In this document: one piece after another, positions 40,495 through 53,619 of the stretch
Position numbering within the stretch: the stretch's first letter is position 1
Layout of the letters: the number at the start of each line of letters is the position of its first letter
Assembly (NCBI GenBank): GCA_951406725.2
Contig: OX597828.1
Location: forward strand, 17,918,001 to 17,982,000
DNA length: 64,000 bases
From: Octopus vulgaris
Lineage: Eukaryota
Direction: 5' to 3'
Notes under the pieces: generated by a model
Database searches by the model: none
What the model saw: the letters and a program-made list of their open reading frames with translations, nothing else
What the model was told of the DNA's origin: nothing
Program-made: the position numbers and the translations under genes

Positions 40495-41131
40495 AGGGTG
40501 AAATGATAAAGACAGATGAAACGCCGCTAAGCATTTTGCCCGGCGTGCTAACGATTCTGCCAATTCGCCGCTGCCTTTGCATTTATGATATTCTTTTCAA
40601 CACTAAGGCGCAAGGCCCGAAATTTTGCGGGTAGAAGCCAGTCGATTAGATTGACTCCAGATGGCAACTGGTACTTAATTTATCGACCTCGGTAGAATTT
40701 GAACTCAGAATGTAAAGACAGACGAAATGCCTGTTTCTTTAATACCCACAAGGGGCTAAACACAGAGGGGACAAACAAGGACAGACAAACGGATCAAGTC
40801 GATTACATCGACCCCAGTGCGTAACTGGTACTTATTTAATCGACCCCGAAAGGATGAAAGGCAAAGTCGACCTCGGTAGAATTTGAACTCAGAACGTAGC
40901 GGCAGACAAAATACCTATTTCTTTACTATCCACAAGGAGGTAAACACAGAGAGGACAAACGGATTAAGCCGATTACATCGACCCCAGTGCGTAACTGGTA
41001 CTTAATTTATCGACCCCGAAAGGATGAAAGGCAAAGTCGACCTCGGTGGAATTTGAACCCAGAACGTAACGGCAGACGAAATACGGCTACGCATTTTGCC
41101 GGCGTGCTAACGTTTCTGCCAGCTCGCCGCC
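40495..41131 (-). mobile_element. SINE family B cluster including a dimeric copy (about 40733-41131)
   Basis: Two units of about 180 bp (TTTCTTTA..CCACAAGG..GTCGACCTCGG..GAACGTA.CGGCAGAC) plus one head ending GCCAGCTCGCCGCC. Confidence 0.9.
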
Positions 41132-41771
41132 TTCCATTTTCTTGTATTATATAGAGTATCGTCTGTGAAATTAGGCCTTGTGCCAATATCGCGAATCATT
41201 ATTGGAAATTCTTGTTTTTGAGAGAGAAACAATATTTATATTTTAGGTAAACGTGATTTCCGCTTCATGGTGTGGTATTCCATTAGTCACTGGGTCGGCG
41301 AGAGGGAGGAAGATTTCGCTTCGAATAGTGTATTTGGAGCAACGTAAATATACTAAAGTTATAGAGACAGAAAACGAATCCCACGCCGAGATCCATAACA
41401 GAGAGACATATTTAAGCACAGAACTATTAGCTAACACATCTCTTGTTGAGTATTGCAATGTAATCTGTTGCTTAAAGTGGTAAACAATGGAAAGCGAACA
41501 CAGCGCCCCATCTGTGAAGTGATGGAAAACGTTGACCTTTTCAATGAAAGGTCAAAACCATATGACCTCGACCGGCTTCGGATTATATTTCGTAATATAG
41601 TTAAATAATCTATGAAGTCGGAAACGACATCACCCGGTATATCCTCTACACAGACTATCTATATGGTTTACTTAGCAAAGGCTAACCAACGAAGGAGAAC
41701 TCTTACGTGGTCCATCGACCTGCTAGAAATAACAGCCTAATCTTTCGCAAATTGCAGTATTCCGTTGAGAC

Positions 41772-41830
41772 TAGTGGTACTCAACCGGGGTTCAATATGG
41801 CCCTTAGTGGTCGATATAAGATTTTGTTAG
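41772..41830 (+). mobile_element. hAT-like MITE end fragment
   Basis: TAGTGGTACTCAACCGGGG resembles CAGTGGTTCTCAACC termini; an opposite-end-like GTGGACCCC..TACCACTG lies at 49764-49796. Confidence 0.4.
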
Positions 41831-41904
41831 TTTATGTTCCATAAATACACACCTATAGAAATATAACGAGATGTTTTTAGACTGAGTTTTTGTGTACCGT
41901 TCAT

Positions 41905-42570
41905 GTGTACTGACATCGCTCCTTTACTCATGTGGGCCATGTATCCTTTACAAATGTCATGTAAAGGTTCTTGGACGCTTCCATCGGAGATGACTGAGAC
42001 ACATTCTGAATGTTGGCTGGACCTTAAAAAGCTCCAGACACAGATTTTGAAGAAGGCTGATATCTTGAGTAATGAGGTGATGGGGCACAAGCACCGGTTA
42101 CGTTGGATTGAACACCTTATTAAAATTGAACGATAGCAGGATCCCTAAACAAATGCTATATGGGGAACTTGTTAGTGTGAAGTGACCCTGACAGAAACCA
42201 AGGCTGCGATTTAAGGACTGTGTCAAGTCCTCATTAAAGACCTGTGGTATGCTCGAGACCGATTGGGAAAGCAACGACTATCGTCACCACAGATGGAAGA
42301 AGCAGGTTAAGGAGCGAGTTGACACATTTGAAAAAGTATATATTCTTTATGAATTTAAGCGTGCTGCTCGAAAGCGCACTCATAACGTAGTGAATGGAGA
42401 AAACTTGGTTTGCAATGTTCGCAATGTTCATAGACGTGTATGCTTGTCAAGAGCAGAGCTCTTTATTCCCCAACGGATCCGCAAATGCAAAATATAAGTC
42501 AGTCCTAGAGCGCAATTTGCTCATAAAGGTCAGCAACGGTCTTCCTCGGTCACGAGTGGAAGGTCACGGT
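41905..42570 (+). mobile_element. Decayed RTE-BovB-like LINE 3' end
   Basis: Frameshifted HRLRWIEHL, RIPKQMLYGEL, KPRLRFKDCVKSSLKTCG..DWE, a terminal Cys-containing motif and a 3' tail. Confidence 0.85.
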
Positions 42571-43228
42571 AGTCACGGTGGTGGTGGTGGTAGTGCTGTA
42601 TTATATGGTTACCGGTCACCATCACCCTGTGACACTGTACAGTAGTTCGCTGCCGTCACAAAAAGTAAGAAATGAGATATTAGCTAAAACACCCCTAGAA
42701 AATAAGATGGAATATCGTTGATCATAAGTCTAATCGGAGAGCTTATGACCTGGGCTAAATGAGATCAACTAAGCAAACTGATACAGAATTGCAGATTCTC
42801 TTTGGGATCGATACATTCGAATATATTGCGTTTCTTTTCGTTTAGGCAGTGTATGATCAGAATTATTAGAGCCTTATTGGTACCGGCTCAATGCCATCTG
42901 ACTTGAAATCCTATACACGTCAAATTGGACATCAGTTCTCCTTGGGTTTTATATAAACATTACAGGTCTACATCGGTGGATTGAAGGAATAATTATCTCA
43001 GCGTTAGATCCGATGCCTTGCAGTGTCTGGTTCCAGTTGACGGAGATTGACAGTGTCAATGATTGTTATAAACACATATGGGTTTTTGCATTTAACTTAG
43101 CGATGTCGTGAAGAGGGAAAACTTGCATGCACAATTAAAGAGGAACGTTTGAATTTCTGATCACGTTGTTTCATAAGATACATTGTGACACAGATCTGTT
43201 TCATTACGTTAGTTATGTTAAACAGTTC

Positions 43229-43652
43229 ATATTCTTTTACTCTTTTACTCTTTTACTTGTTTCAGTTATGTGACTGTGGCCATGCTGGAGCACTGCCTTT
43301 AGTCGAGCAAATCGACCCCAGGACTTATTCTTTGTAAGCCTGGTACTTATTGTATCGGTCTCTTTTGCCGAACCACTAACTTACGAGGACGAGAACACAC
43401 CACAGTCGGTTGTCAATCAAGCGATGCTGAGGGACAAACACAAACACACAAACATAGACACACACATACAGAAATATATATATATATATATACATATATA
43501 CGACGGGCTTCTTTCAGTTTCTGTCTACCAAATCCACTGACAAGGCTTTGGTCGGCCTGAGGCTATAGAGGAAGACACTTGACCAAGGTGCCACGCAGTG
43601 GGACTGAACCCGGAACCATGTGATTCGTAAGCAGGCTACTTACTACACAGCC
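43229..43652 (-). mobile_element. SINE family A, full length
   Basis: Reverse complement of the family A consensus with a (CTTTTACT)n tail. Confidence 0.9.
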
Positions 43653-43779
43653 GTGAAATTCAGACGCACTAATTGGCTCATTATTGTTATAATTATCATG
43701 CTGTTGCAGCTGCTTCTATTGTTGTTGTTGTTGTTGTTGTAATCTGCGCCAAAATATGAAACCATTATTATTGTCGTAA

Positions 43780-44100
43780 GCACGTCAGACAAAGTGCTTA
43801 TCAGCATTTCGTCAATCTTTAGTCTCGAAGTTCAAATTTCGCCAAGGTTCACTTTGCTTTTCAACCTGTCGGGGTGGATGAAATACGTACGAAGTGAGCT
43901 GGCCGAATCTTTAGCACACCGGACAAAACGCCTAGCAGCATTTCGTTTGTCTTCGCGTTCTGAGTTCAAATTCCACCAACGTCAAATGTGGCTTCCATTT
44001 TTTTCGGTGTCGAGGAAATAAGTACCAGGCGAAAACTGGATTCCATGCAATTAACTAGCTCCTCCCGACAAATTTCAGGCCTTGTGCCTATATTAGAAAC
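43780..44100 (+). mobile_element. Two old SINE family B copies in tandem
   Basis: GAGCTGGCCGAATC..TTCTGAGTTCAAATTCC..AAATTTCAGGCCTTGTGCC. Confidence 0.7.
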
Positions 44101-44140
44101 GATTTTTATTATTTGAATGTTAACATGCGCTATTCGTTGT

Positions 44141-44452
44141 GGAGGCGCAATAGCCCAGTGGTTAGGGCAGCGGATTCGCGGTCAGAGGATCACGGTTTCG
44201 ATTCCCAGACCGAGCGTTTTGTGTGTTTATTGAGCGAAAACACCCAAAGTTCCACGAAGCTCCGGCAGGGGGTGGTGGTGACACCTGTTGTACTCTTTCG
44301 CCTCAACTTTCTCTCACTCTTTCTTCCTGTTTCTTGAGTAACGTTGTGATGGACTGGCGTCCCGTCCAGCTGGGGAGGGTGAACGCATACGCCACAGAAA
44401 CCGAGAAACCGGGCCCATGAACCTGGCTAGGCTTGAAAAGGGCGCATAAATA
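44141..44452 (+). mobile_element. tRNA-derived SINE family D, tail variant 2
   Basis: Same head and body as 8664; the tail contains GATGGACTGGCGTCCCGTCCAG. Confidence 0.85.
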
Positions 44453-44874
44453 ATTAAATACTCAATTTATTAGGAGGGACGTTGTCGTGATATTTGGTGA
44501 GGAGTCTGCTCAAATACCTATTATCGTTCTTAGAAATCTTCCAGAATGAATGATTGAACTTAATTACAAGTCGACAATGTGATTCTCATTTCCTTTTTGT
44601 TTCGTCTCGAAGGTAGTAGTATGGGTGTTGTGCAAAATGTAGTAATTATCACTGAAATAATTGTCATCTCAATCTCCCATACATCACAAATCTCAACATC
44701 TCTCCGGATAACTCCTGATATATTTCAACTTCATTTTAATTTTGTATTCATATTATTCGGCTTTATTATTCTGAGTTCAAAGTCCGCCGAGGTCCACTTT
44801 GCACTCATCCTATAGGAGTCGATGTAATCCACTAAACCCCACCACCACCTAAAGTTACCAAAAATTTGAAGCCA

Positions 44875-45250
44875 TTATTAATTCCGCCTTAGAGAAGGTG
44901 GAGGTATTGTTTTCAGTCACGTTTGTTTGTTTGTTTGTCTGTAGACTAGATACCTCAAGAAACGTTGGATGGATTCGGATGAAACTTTCAGGGAAGTTTG
45001 GCCTGATGACTGGCACGAACTGATTAGATTCTAAGATCGACCTGATACCGGACAAGAGTTCTGGATTATTTTTCCATTTTTTAAATATAACTTTTGAGAG
45101 CGGTCGAGTTAATTTTTTTGTATTCCCGTTTGTGAGAGCAGTCGAGTTTATTTCAGATATTCTCATTTTAAAAATCATCTCTGGCTAACCGTTGAGAGGA
45201 TGCTGGTGTTGCCTTGGCGGAATTTTGCGATCACTGAGTGCTCATGTAGT
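44875..45250 (+). mobile_element. Helentron-associated non-autonomous element (HINE/DINE-1-like)
   Basis: Subterminal inverted repeats AATTCCGCC (44880) / GGCGGAATT (45215), a partial 5' inverted repeat GGTGGAGGTA, an internal (GTTT)n GTCT tract, a 3' hairpin remnant and T-rich ends. Confidence 0.7.
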
Positions 45251-45258
45251 TGTTGTTG

Positions 45259-45329
<71 letters not shown>

Positions 45330-45357
45330 GCTTTTGTTGTTGTTGTTGTTGTTGAAG

Positions 45358-45568
45358 GAGCGAGCTATCAAAATCATTAGCACGCCGGGCCAAATACTTA
45401 GCGGCATTACATCCGTCGTCAGGTTTTGAGTTCAAACTCCGCTGAGATCGACTTTACCCTTCATCCTTTCGAGGTCGATAAAATAAGCACCATTCGAACG
45501 CTGGGGACCATGTAATTGACTTAGCCCTTCCCCCAAATTGCTAGCCTTGTGCCAAAATCTGAAACCAT
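45358..45568 (+). mobile_element. SINE family B old copy
   Basis: CGAGCT..TTAGCACGCCGGGC..GAGTTCAAACTCC..TTCATCCTTTCGAGGTCGATAAA. Confidence 0.75.
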
Positions 45569-45597
45569 TGTTGCAGTTGTTGTTGCTGCAGCTGTTG

Positions 45598-45928
45598 CTG
45601 TTTAGCGAACGGTCTTCGTCCCAGAGCTCGCAAGATGGTCCTTTGCTATTCGTAAGACCCGCAGAAGAGAAACCAGGTCAACCCCCGACACCGAGAGCAT
45701 CGACGGATGGCTGAATGTGCATCCAGGCTCAGCGGTTGCGTAGGAAGTCGGGGACAAGAAACAGGAAAAATGAGTGAGAGAAAGTTGGAGCGAAAGAGTA
45801 CAACAGGGGTCGCCACCACCACCACCACCCAGCCGGAGCCTCGTGGAGCTTTAGGTGTTTTCGTTCAATAAACACACACAACATCCGGTCTGGGAATCGA
45901 AACCGCGAGTCCGCTGCCCCAACCACTG
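45598..45928 (-). mobile_element. tRNA-derived SINE family D, tail variant 3
   Basis: The reverse complement shares head and body with 8664 and 44141 but has an unrelated tail of about 160 bp. Confidence 0.82.
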
Positions 45929-48380
45929 CTGCAGCTGTTGCTTAATCCTGGAAACAACAATTTGAACTATCACTCTATAGTTGCGTGTCGACGGAGGCTT
46001 TGGTCGGGCCGTGGCTATAGTAGAAGACACTTGCTCAAGGGACCACGCAGAGAGACTGAACTCGGAACAATGTGGTCGGGAACCAAACTTCTTACTACAC
46101 AGACACTCCTCTTTTTATTAGTGAAAGAGGATTCATTTAGTTCGACTCTACTCAGACTACCGACGCCTGTGTATATCGATCTTTTGTTTTTTTCATTAGC
46201 AATTAATGATTTGTCTCTATTTAGATTAATTTGCAAGATGTATTATTTTTTTCATCAATGCCTGCTTGTCGTCAATATATGGTTGGGCATGCGCATGGCA
46301 AAATGTCAGCAGGGAAGGACTTGCACTTACGCGTAAATACACCCATATACACATATAGTTTCAATATATGTATCTGCTTGTATATATATATATATATATA
46401 TATACATACATAATTATAATCAGACACACACACAAATATCTATACATATATACCCGTATATATATATATATGTGTGGGGGGGGGTGTATACACACACAAG
46501 TATATATACGTGTGTAGGTATGTATAGAAGATTACGTGTAATGCATCTTATTATAATGTATATGTGCCATTTAGTAACACGATATGGAAAGGCATACATT
46601 TTTGTATCGAATTCATCAGTAACCATAGTACTAATCGGGTGGAATATTGATTTCAGCGAGATCTCGCAAGAGCAAATAATGTTAAAATGTAAAATGCAAA
46701 AAATCCTCTATAGTATAAAGTTACCAGCTTCATCAGCAGTAGAATATTATACTTTAATTGGTTCCTGTAATACGAATAATGTTAACGAGAAAGGATTTTT
46801 GAGATCTCTGCATTTTGTAAGAATAAAATCAGTCCTCTTATTTAAGTCATTTTCAAAATACAAAATAACATCTCCATAATACAAATGTGGTAGAACATTC
46901 GAATCATTAGTGTATAATTTTTTTTTTTTTTACGTATCCTCCAAAGATATTGACATTGTTAATACATTTTCCTTGGTCACTTATGTATTGCTTGGAATTT
47001 CTCTGTGGTTTGTCTGTTATTCGTTGCAGAAGGATAAGGAGTGGTTATAGTAGCAGCCTTTGAAAGTTCTTTTACTTGATTTTATGTATATTTTGTAGTA
47101 ATATCAATATTATTTCTATATGTACAGCAGAACACTGTTGTAAATATTTCGATGCATTTTGCAGCTGGGTGGCTTAGTAGCTAGGCTATTTGTATCACAA
47201 TTGTATTGTTGTAAGTTGGATATCCGGAGGTTCTTTTGGTTCTTCGACAAGACGCTTTATTTTATGTTGCTCCAGTCGACTCAGCTGGCTAAAATGAGCT
47301 GTACCTATAATGCAAAGAGCTAACCTTGTCAAATTTGGTGTCACGTTGATTCTCCCCAAGAACTACCTTAAGAGCACGCGTGGCTGTGGAGTGCTCAGCC
47401 AATTGCATGATAATTTCACGAGCATACTTTTCCATTGATCGGATGAACCGGAACCCTACCCGTCGTAACTGATTTGTGCCAACATTTCGATGCGCATTAG
47501 CGCCGAAGTTAATCGGAACGTAACAGTGAATTCATATTACTAATATTTTCTCGTTTCCTTTTACGTTACCCTATTTTAGTACTGTGCACACCACGCCTGT
47601 ACAGCTGAAATATTTGTCAATCCATAATAGGAGGGACGTTTTGCTGAACCTCATTTAAAAGAGTTTACATTTTGTTTGATCGATGCCTGTTTTGACCCTA
47701 CGATTTCGTATGAGAGGGCATAATTACATTATTTGAGAAAGTGCAAATTGTATTATCTCCCTTAAAACAAGTTCCTGATAGTTTAAATAAAATATTACAA
47801 ATGCTAAGATGTTAGTTTATTTTAGTGTTCTTTCTATGAAATAATTTCCGATGCCTATACTTGCATGTGAAGTTTGTCGAAGAGGTCCAAACATTGGTAT
47901 TGCTGTATTGCTTTTGACATTTACCGAGATTTTTGACTAAACTATGTAATGTTAAATCTAATGTTATTATTGGTACTCTTACGCAGCTTGGGAGTTACAT
48001 GAATCTTATCATGGAATCCGCTATTCTTTAGAATGTTATTGTAAAGATTTCTTTGTTTGCCGAAAGGTCAGAAACTCTTTGGTAATGTTATTAATTATAT
48101 TTTTTTTAAACTATGGGGGATGGTTAGAATTATATATAAAATTATCTTCTACTGACATTTTATCAGGTGCATGCCCAAGGGAATAGTGATAACATGCTAC
48201 CACAGATAATGTTCAATATATGTTAGCCGCCGTTCGGGAGAATAATAAAAAAAAAAGTAAGACATATTCACTCGACTTATATTCAACTGAAGAATATGCC
48301 AATTTACCATTAAAATGAAACTCACAGAAAAAAATAATCATGTATATCTTCTATATCATAATTAATATATGCACGGATAT

Positions 48381-48432
<52 letters not shown>

Positions 48433-48620
48433 TCACTCACATATATACATGGGCGTGTATATATATATAAGTACATATATCTATATACATCTATTTTGGG
48501 ATGTATGTATGTGTATATAACGATAAAATACGTACATACATATACATATATATATACATAAATATACACGCACACACACACGCATATATATATATATATA
48601 TATATATACATACACACATA

Positions 48621-48688
<68 letters not shown>

Positions 48689-48875
48689 CACAGATAGACA
48701 GACAAGGAAACAGAAACATAGACAGATAGACAAGCAGACAGGTATAAGTGGAGGGAGAGAGAAATAAAAAAGAAAGAAAGAAAGAACAAAAGGATGGATG
48801 TAAGGAAGGAAGGAAGGAAAAAGAAAGAGAGAAAAACGGAAATTGTACGTAATATGTAAATAGCCACATTTATCA

Positions 48876-48926
<51 letters not shown>

Positions 48927-48970
48927 ATATATATATGTATGTATGTATGTATACACACACACACACATAT

Positions 48971-49545
48971 ATACATTGTCTGATGAATAAATGCCGGGAT
49001 GTTGCCATAGTAAAGAAGCTAAAGCATACAGAGTGAAACAGTTGGGCACAGATGTAACTTGAACTCTGTTTTGCTTGCGCACTAAGTTTCAACGGTCTTC
49101 TTCACTTCCGCTCTTTACAGCAGTCCTTGGAAGGAACGTGTGTAGCGTGTGATAGTTTTATTTAACATGCTACAAATTTGAACAGAGAATCTGCATAAAA
49201 TTTTGCCAAAAGTTTGGTGATGCGTGCTCAGAGACCTACGCAATGTTTCCAAAACGATTTCATTGTTCTTAACACAATGAAGGAGCTCTTCTGCCACTGA
49301 AACCCAAGTGAATTTTTAATAAGTTGAAAGCCATTTTGGCACAAACTTGGTAGACACGATCTCATACTCAAATCTTCATTTATAATAGACTGAACTGAAC
49401 TGTAACTAATCTGCACATTCTCTGATAACTCACGGATGGTGATTCGATGATTTACCCTCACAGCTGCACGCACGTCTGCCATGTTTTTATCTGTTCTGCT
49501 GGTTGTGGGTCTCCCAGAACTTTCGTTAATATCGACATTTATTCT
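48971..49545. mobile_element. Rearranged mariner fragment (N-terminus on +, following segment inverted on -)
   Basis: Plus strand 49176-49250 reads FEQRICIKFCQKFGDACSETYAMF. Minus strand 49545-49250 reads SGRPTTSRTDKNMADVRAAVRVNHRITIRELSENVQISYSSVQSIINEDLSMR. Confidence 0.8.
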
Positions 49546-49678
49546 ACCAAATCCACTCACAAGGCTTTGGTCGGCCCGAAGATGTAATAGAAGTCATTTA
49601 TCCAAGTTGCAACGCAGTGGGACTGAACCTGGATACATGTGATTGAGAAGCAAGCTTCTTACCACACACCTACGCTTG
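49544..49678 (-). mobile_element. SINE family A 5' half
   Basis: CTACCAAATCCACTCACAAGGCTTTGGTCGGCCCG..CAAGCTTCTTACCACAC. Confidence 0.8.
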
Positions 49679-50194
49679 CACTAAAAAAAAATCTTAAAAT
49701 ATTTTGTGTACACTAGATGTATAAACAATTTATTTCATATAAATCTTAAAGACAAACTCTGATGTGGACCCCAAAGGGTCAGACGTTAATACCACTGACC
49801 ATTATTACGTTAGAGAAAATGTACGCCATGACCAGTCAGACTTAATTCTGTAAACTCATTTTTGTTTAATTTATCCAAATTGCATCGGCCATATTGTATA
49901 TGCACTGGATATAAGTTGGTACAATTGTCCATGTTTATAGCAGGTTTTGAACTAGAAATACGACTACAATTTAGATGGTGGATTAGCAGAATCATTTGAG
50001 CGTTGAATAAATTGCCTTTCGTAATTGTTCCGGCTCTTCATTTCATCCTTCATCCTTCTGTACTCGATGAAAGAAAGTAGCAGACATGATCTTGCACGTT
50101 GGTACTGTATAACCCACGCTCTAGAAATTATTGCCTTTATTCCTCTATGATAAACAATTATTATCATTATTATCATTTTATTGTTTTTGCACAG

Positions 50195-50478
50195 CATCTA
50201 ACACTGGAGATGTACGACGGTGTCAGCTGTTCACTGCCAGTGAACTAAAGTAATACTCTATATTTTTCGAGCACCATCCGTAGTATTCGAGCGGCTCCAA
50301 GCAGTACTGTTTTCTGTAAGTGTTCGACCCTTATTGCAGCCCCTATTTGTTCCATGTAATTCTCAAGATTATTACTCACTGTTCCCAGGGCTCCGACAAT
50401 TATTGGTAGTACTACCACCTTTTCAGCGACCGCAACTGCTTAATCTCCCACGCTAACCTGTTATATCTATCGACTATT
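50195..50478 (-). mobile_element. R4/Dong-like LINE 3' end (restriction-like endonuclease C-terminus)
   Basis: Minus strand reads DRYNRLAWEIKQLRS..KVVVLPIIVGALGTVSNNLENYMEQIG..EHLQKTVLLGAARILRMVL, adjacent to TAA repeats. Confidence 0.8.
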
Positions 50479-50489
50479 ATTATTATTAT

Positions 50490-51054
50490 TATTGAGTGAG
50501 AGAGAGCACTGCATGCCATTAAAGTGACACTGGGGTAAAATATACGAAGCCCAGTATACCCATCATGACTACCCGTCTGATAAGGATACACAAGGCACTT
50601 GCATCACAACCATATGCTCGCGACATGATGATTTCATATCAAGATAAACAGCACATGACCTTACAGGTGGGGCCCAGTTAGAATTTTCTTCTGGTCGAGT
50701 AACCGATCCCGCTCAAATGGTTCCTCAATAAGTGTTGTTTAAGGATGTTGAACGAAACACCCATGTTTCCAGAGGTGAATTATTCAAACCCCAAAGAATC
50801 CCTCTCAACACACGGTTATGATGCTCCCCCACTACTTCTGCTCCTGATCAGAGATGCACATATTGTCAGCCACTAAGGGACATGCTCAAATTGGTTAAGG
50901 CCAAACAACTGACCAGCAAATCTGTAGTATTGAGCAGAATATTTGCTGTAGCCCATCTTTTATACCGAGACAAAATAATGTACACGATAACACTTCCAAT
51001 CAGTTAAGATCAGAAGCCATGAGAGCCACTGCCTGATACTGCATCAGGGCATTT
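50490..51054 (-). mobile_element. About 565 bp non-coding element inserted in (TAA)n
   Basis: Bounded by ATT repeats on both sides; a second copy lies at 31575-31908. Confidence 0.8.
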
Positions 51055-51092
51055 ATTATTATTATTATTATTATTACTACTACTACTACTAC

Positions 51093-51152
<60 letters not shown>

Positions 51153-51225
51153 CATATTATTATGATGTTTTTTCCTTTTTTCTTCAAATTTTCTTCCGTT
51201 TCTCGCCGAGTGTTTTTCAAACACC

Positions 51226-51294
<69 letters not shown>

Positions 51295-51565
51295 GGGCAA
51301 ACACACACAAACATACGTATATATAATCACATATATAAGACGAGTTTCTTTCGGTTTCCGCTTACTAAATCCAATACAATACTTTGCTTGACAATTACAA
51401 TTACAATACTTTGCTCGACCCGAAGCTGCATTAGAAGACAATTGTCTAACGTGCCACGCAGTGGGACTGAACCACGAACCATGTGGTTAAGGAGCAAGCT
51501 TCTTACCACACAGCCACGCCTTCCATCTCCGCAACATAGCGGTTCAGTTTATAATAATAATTATT

Positions 51566-51744
51566 ATTATTTCTTTACTACCCACAAGGGGCTAAACACA
51601 GAGGGGACAAACAAAGACAGACAAACGGATTAAGTCGATTACATCGACCCCAGTGAACTGGTACTTAATTTGTCGACCCCGAAATGATGAAAGCCAAAGT
51701 CGACCTCGGCGGAATTTGAAGTCAGAACCTAACGCGCCCGGTGA

Positions 51745-51745
<1 letters not shown>
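51566..51745 (-). mobile_element. SINE family B monomer
   Basis: TTTCTTTACTACCCACAAGGGGCTAAACACAGAGGGG..GTCGACCTCGGCGGAATTTGAA. Confidence 0.85.
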
Positions 51746-51779
<34 letters not shown>

Positions 51780-52337
51780 CAACAAAAACAACAACAACAA
51801 CAACAACAATAATAATAATAATAAGAGAAACGATAGAATGTTTACCAGACATGAAAAGAAATTAGCAGTGACATCGATCTTCTCCACTAAAGCCCTTCAA
51901 AACGGCGCCCCAGCATGGCCACAGTCAAATGACTCAGACTAGTAATAGATAAGACATAAAAATCACAGATATCATATACATCAAGGAAAAAATATGTTTT
52001 AAGATAGCTTTCAAAGGGTAGAAATTGATAAATATCAGGAGCACCTCTTTCAGATAGCATTTACGTTCAAAATTTATGCCCTGCCAATGTAGATTGAAAC
52101 ATTCAACACCACAAGGTGGTTCCCACATTGAAAGAAATAGCAACGGCGCACGGGAGTTGATTGAATTAAGACATTAGCAGCGTAACTGAAGTGGAAGAGT
52201 TTCAATGGCTTCAGTAGTGGCTTCTAAATGATATTTCAATTGAAATAATCTTTAAATCATATTTAGTTAATCATCAAAGAATTATGATTACACATAACAA
52301 TTTAGTATGCGCGATACTTCAGACTGATTCATATATA

Positions 52338-52378
<41 letters not shown>

Positions 52379-52403
52379 TAATACACACACACACATATGC
52401 ATA

Positions 52404-52476
<73 letters not shown>

Positions 52477-52540
52477 ATATATATATATATATATATACGC
52501 ACACATATGCTTATACATACATGTATATATATATGTATGC

Positions 52541-52588
<48 letters not shown>

Positions 52589-52680
52589 GTCTGTGCGGGC
52601 GTATATACAGATATATATATACACACACATACATATATATATGTCTGTGCGGGCGTATATACAGATACATATATATATAT

Positions 52681-52721
<41 letters not shown>

Positions 52722-53109
52722 CAAATATGCACACACAAGCACATACGCAGACATACACACACACATATATATATATATATGCTTGTGTGTGTGTGTGTGT
52801 GTGTGTGTGCATACACACACATATGTACACATGCATATAAAATTCCTTATTTGTGTCGCTACAGGCTGTGTTGAGAGCGTGTTGGACAGAGCGGTCGAAG
52901 CTTCGGCGGAGTGTATCCTGTTAGTTATATATTGCGTAGATTGGCCTCTAAATACGTATAATTAAACATCTCCTAGGAAACACTGCAGAAACACCCTCGG
53001 GACGTGTGATTTGCTCTGAATGAATGACGTCAAATCTATGAGAGTTGAATTTTACAGTTGATACATCACTTGGTTGTAGCAGACAAAGAATGCTATTCTC
53101 ACCCGATCT

Positions 53110-53120
53110 TAATAATAGTA

Positions 53121-53194
<74 letters not shown>

Positions 53195-53267
53195 TATAAT
53201 AATAATAATGATAATAATAATAATAATAACAACAACAACAACAACAACAATAATAATAATAATAATA

Positions 53268-53320
<53 letters not shown>

Positions 53321-53424
53321 TAATAATAATAATAATAATAACAACAACAACAACAAAAGCAACAACAACAATAATATGAATAATAATATGAATAATATTA
53401 ATAATAATAATAATAATAATAATG

Positions 53425-53470
<46 letters not shown>

Positions 53471-53538
53471 TAACAACAACAACAACAAAAGCAACAACAA
53501 CAATAATATGAATAATAGTAATAATAATAATAATAATA

Positions 53539-53590
<52 letters not shown>

Positions 53591-53615
53591 CAACAACAAC
53601 AATAATAATAATAAT
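53110..53615. repeat. Compound (AAT)n/(AAC)n microsatellite with a duplicated higher-order motif
   Basis: AAAAGCAACAACAACAATAATATGAATAAT occurs twice (about 53355 and 53487). Confidence 0.95.
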
Positions 53616-53619
53616 TCAT

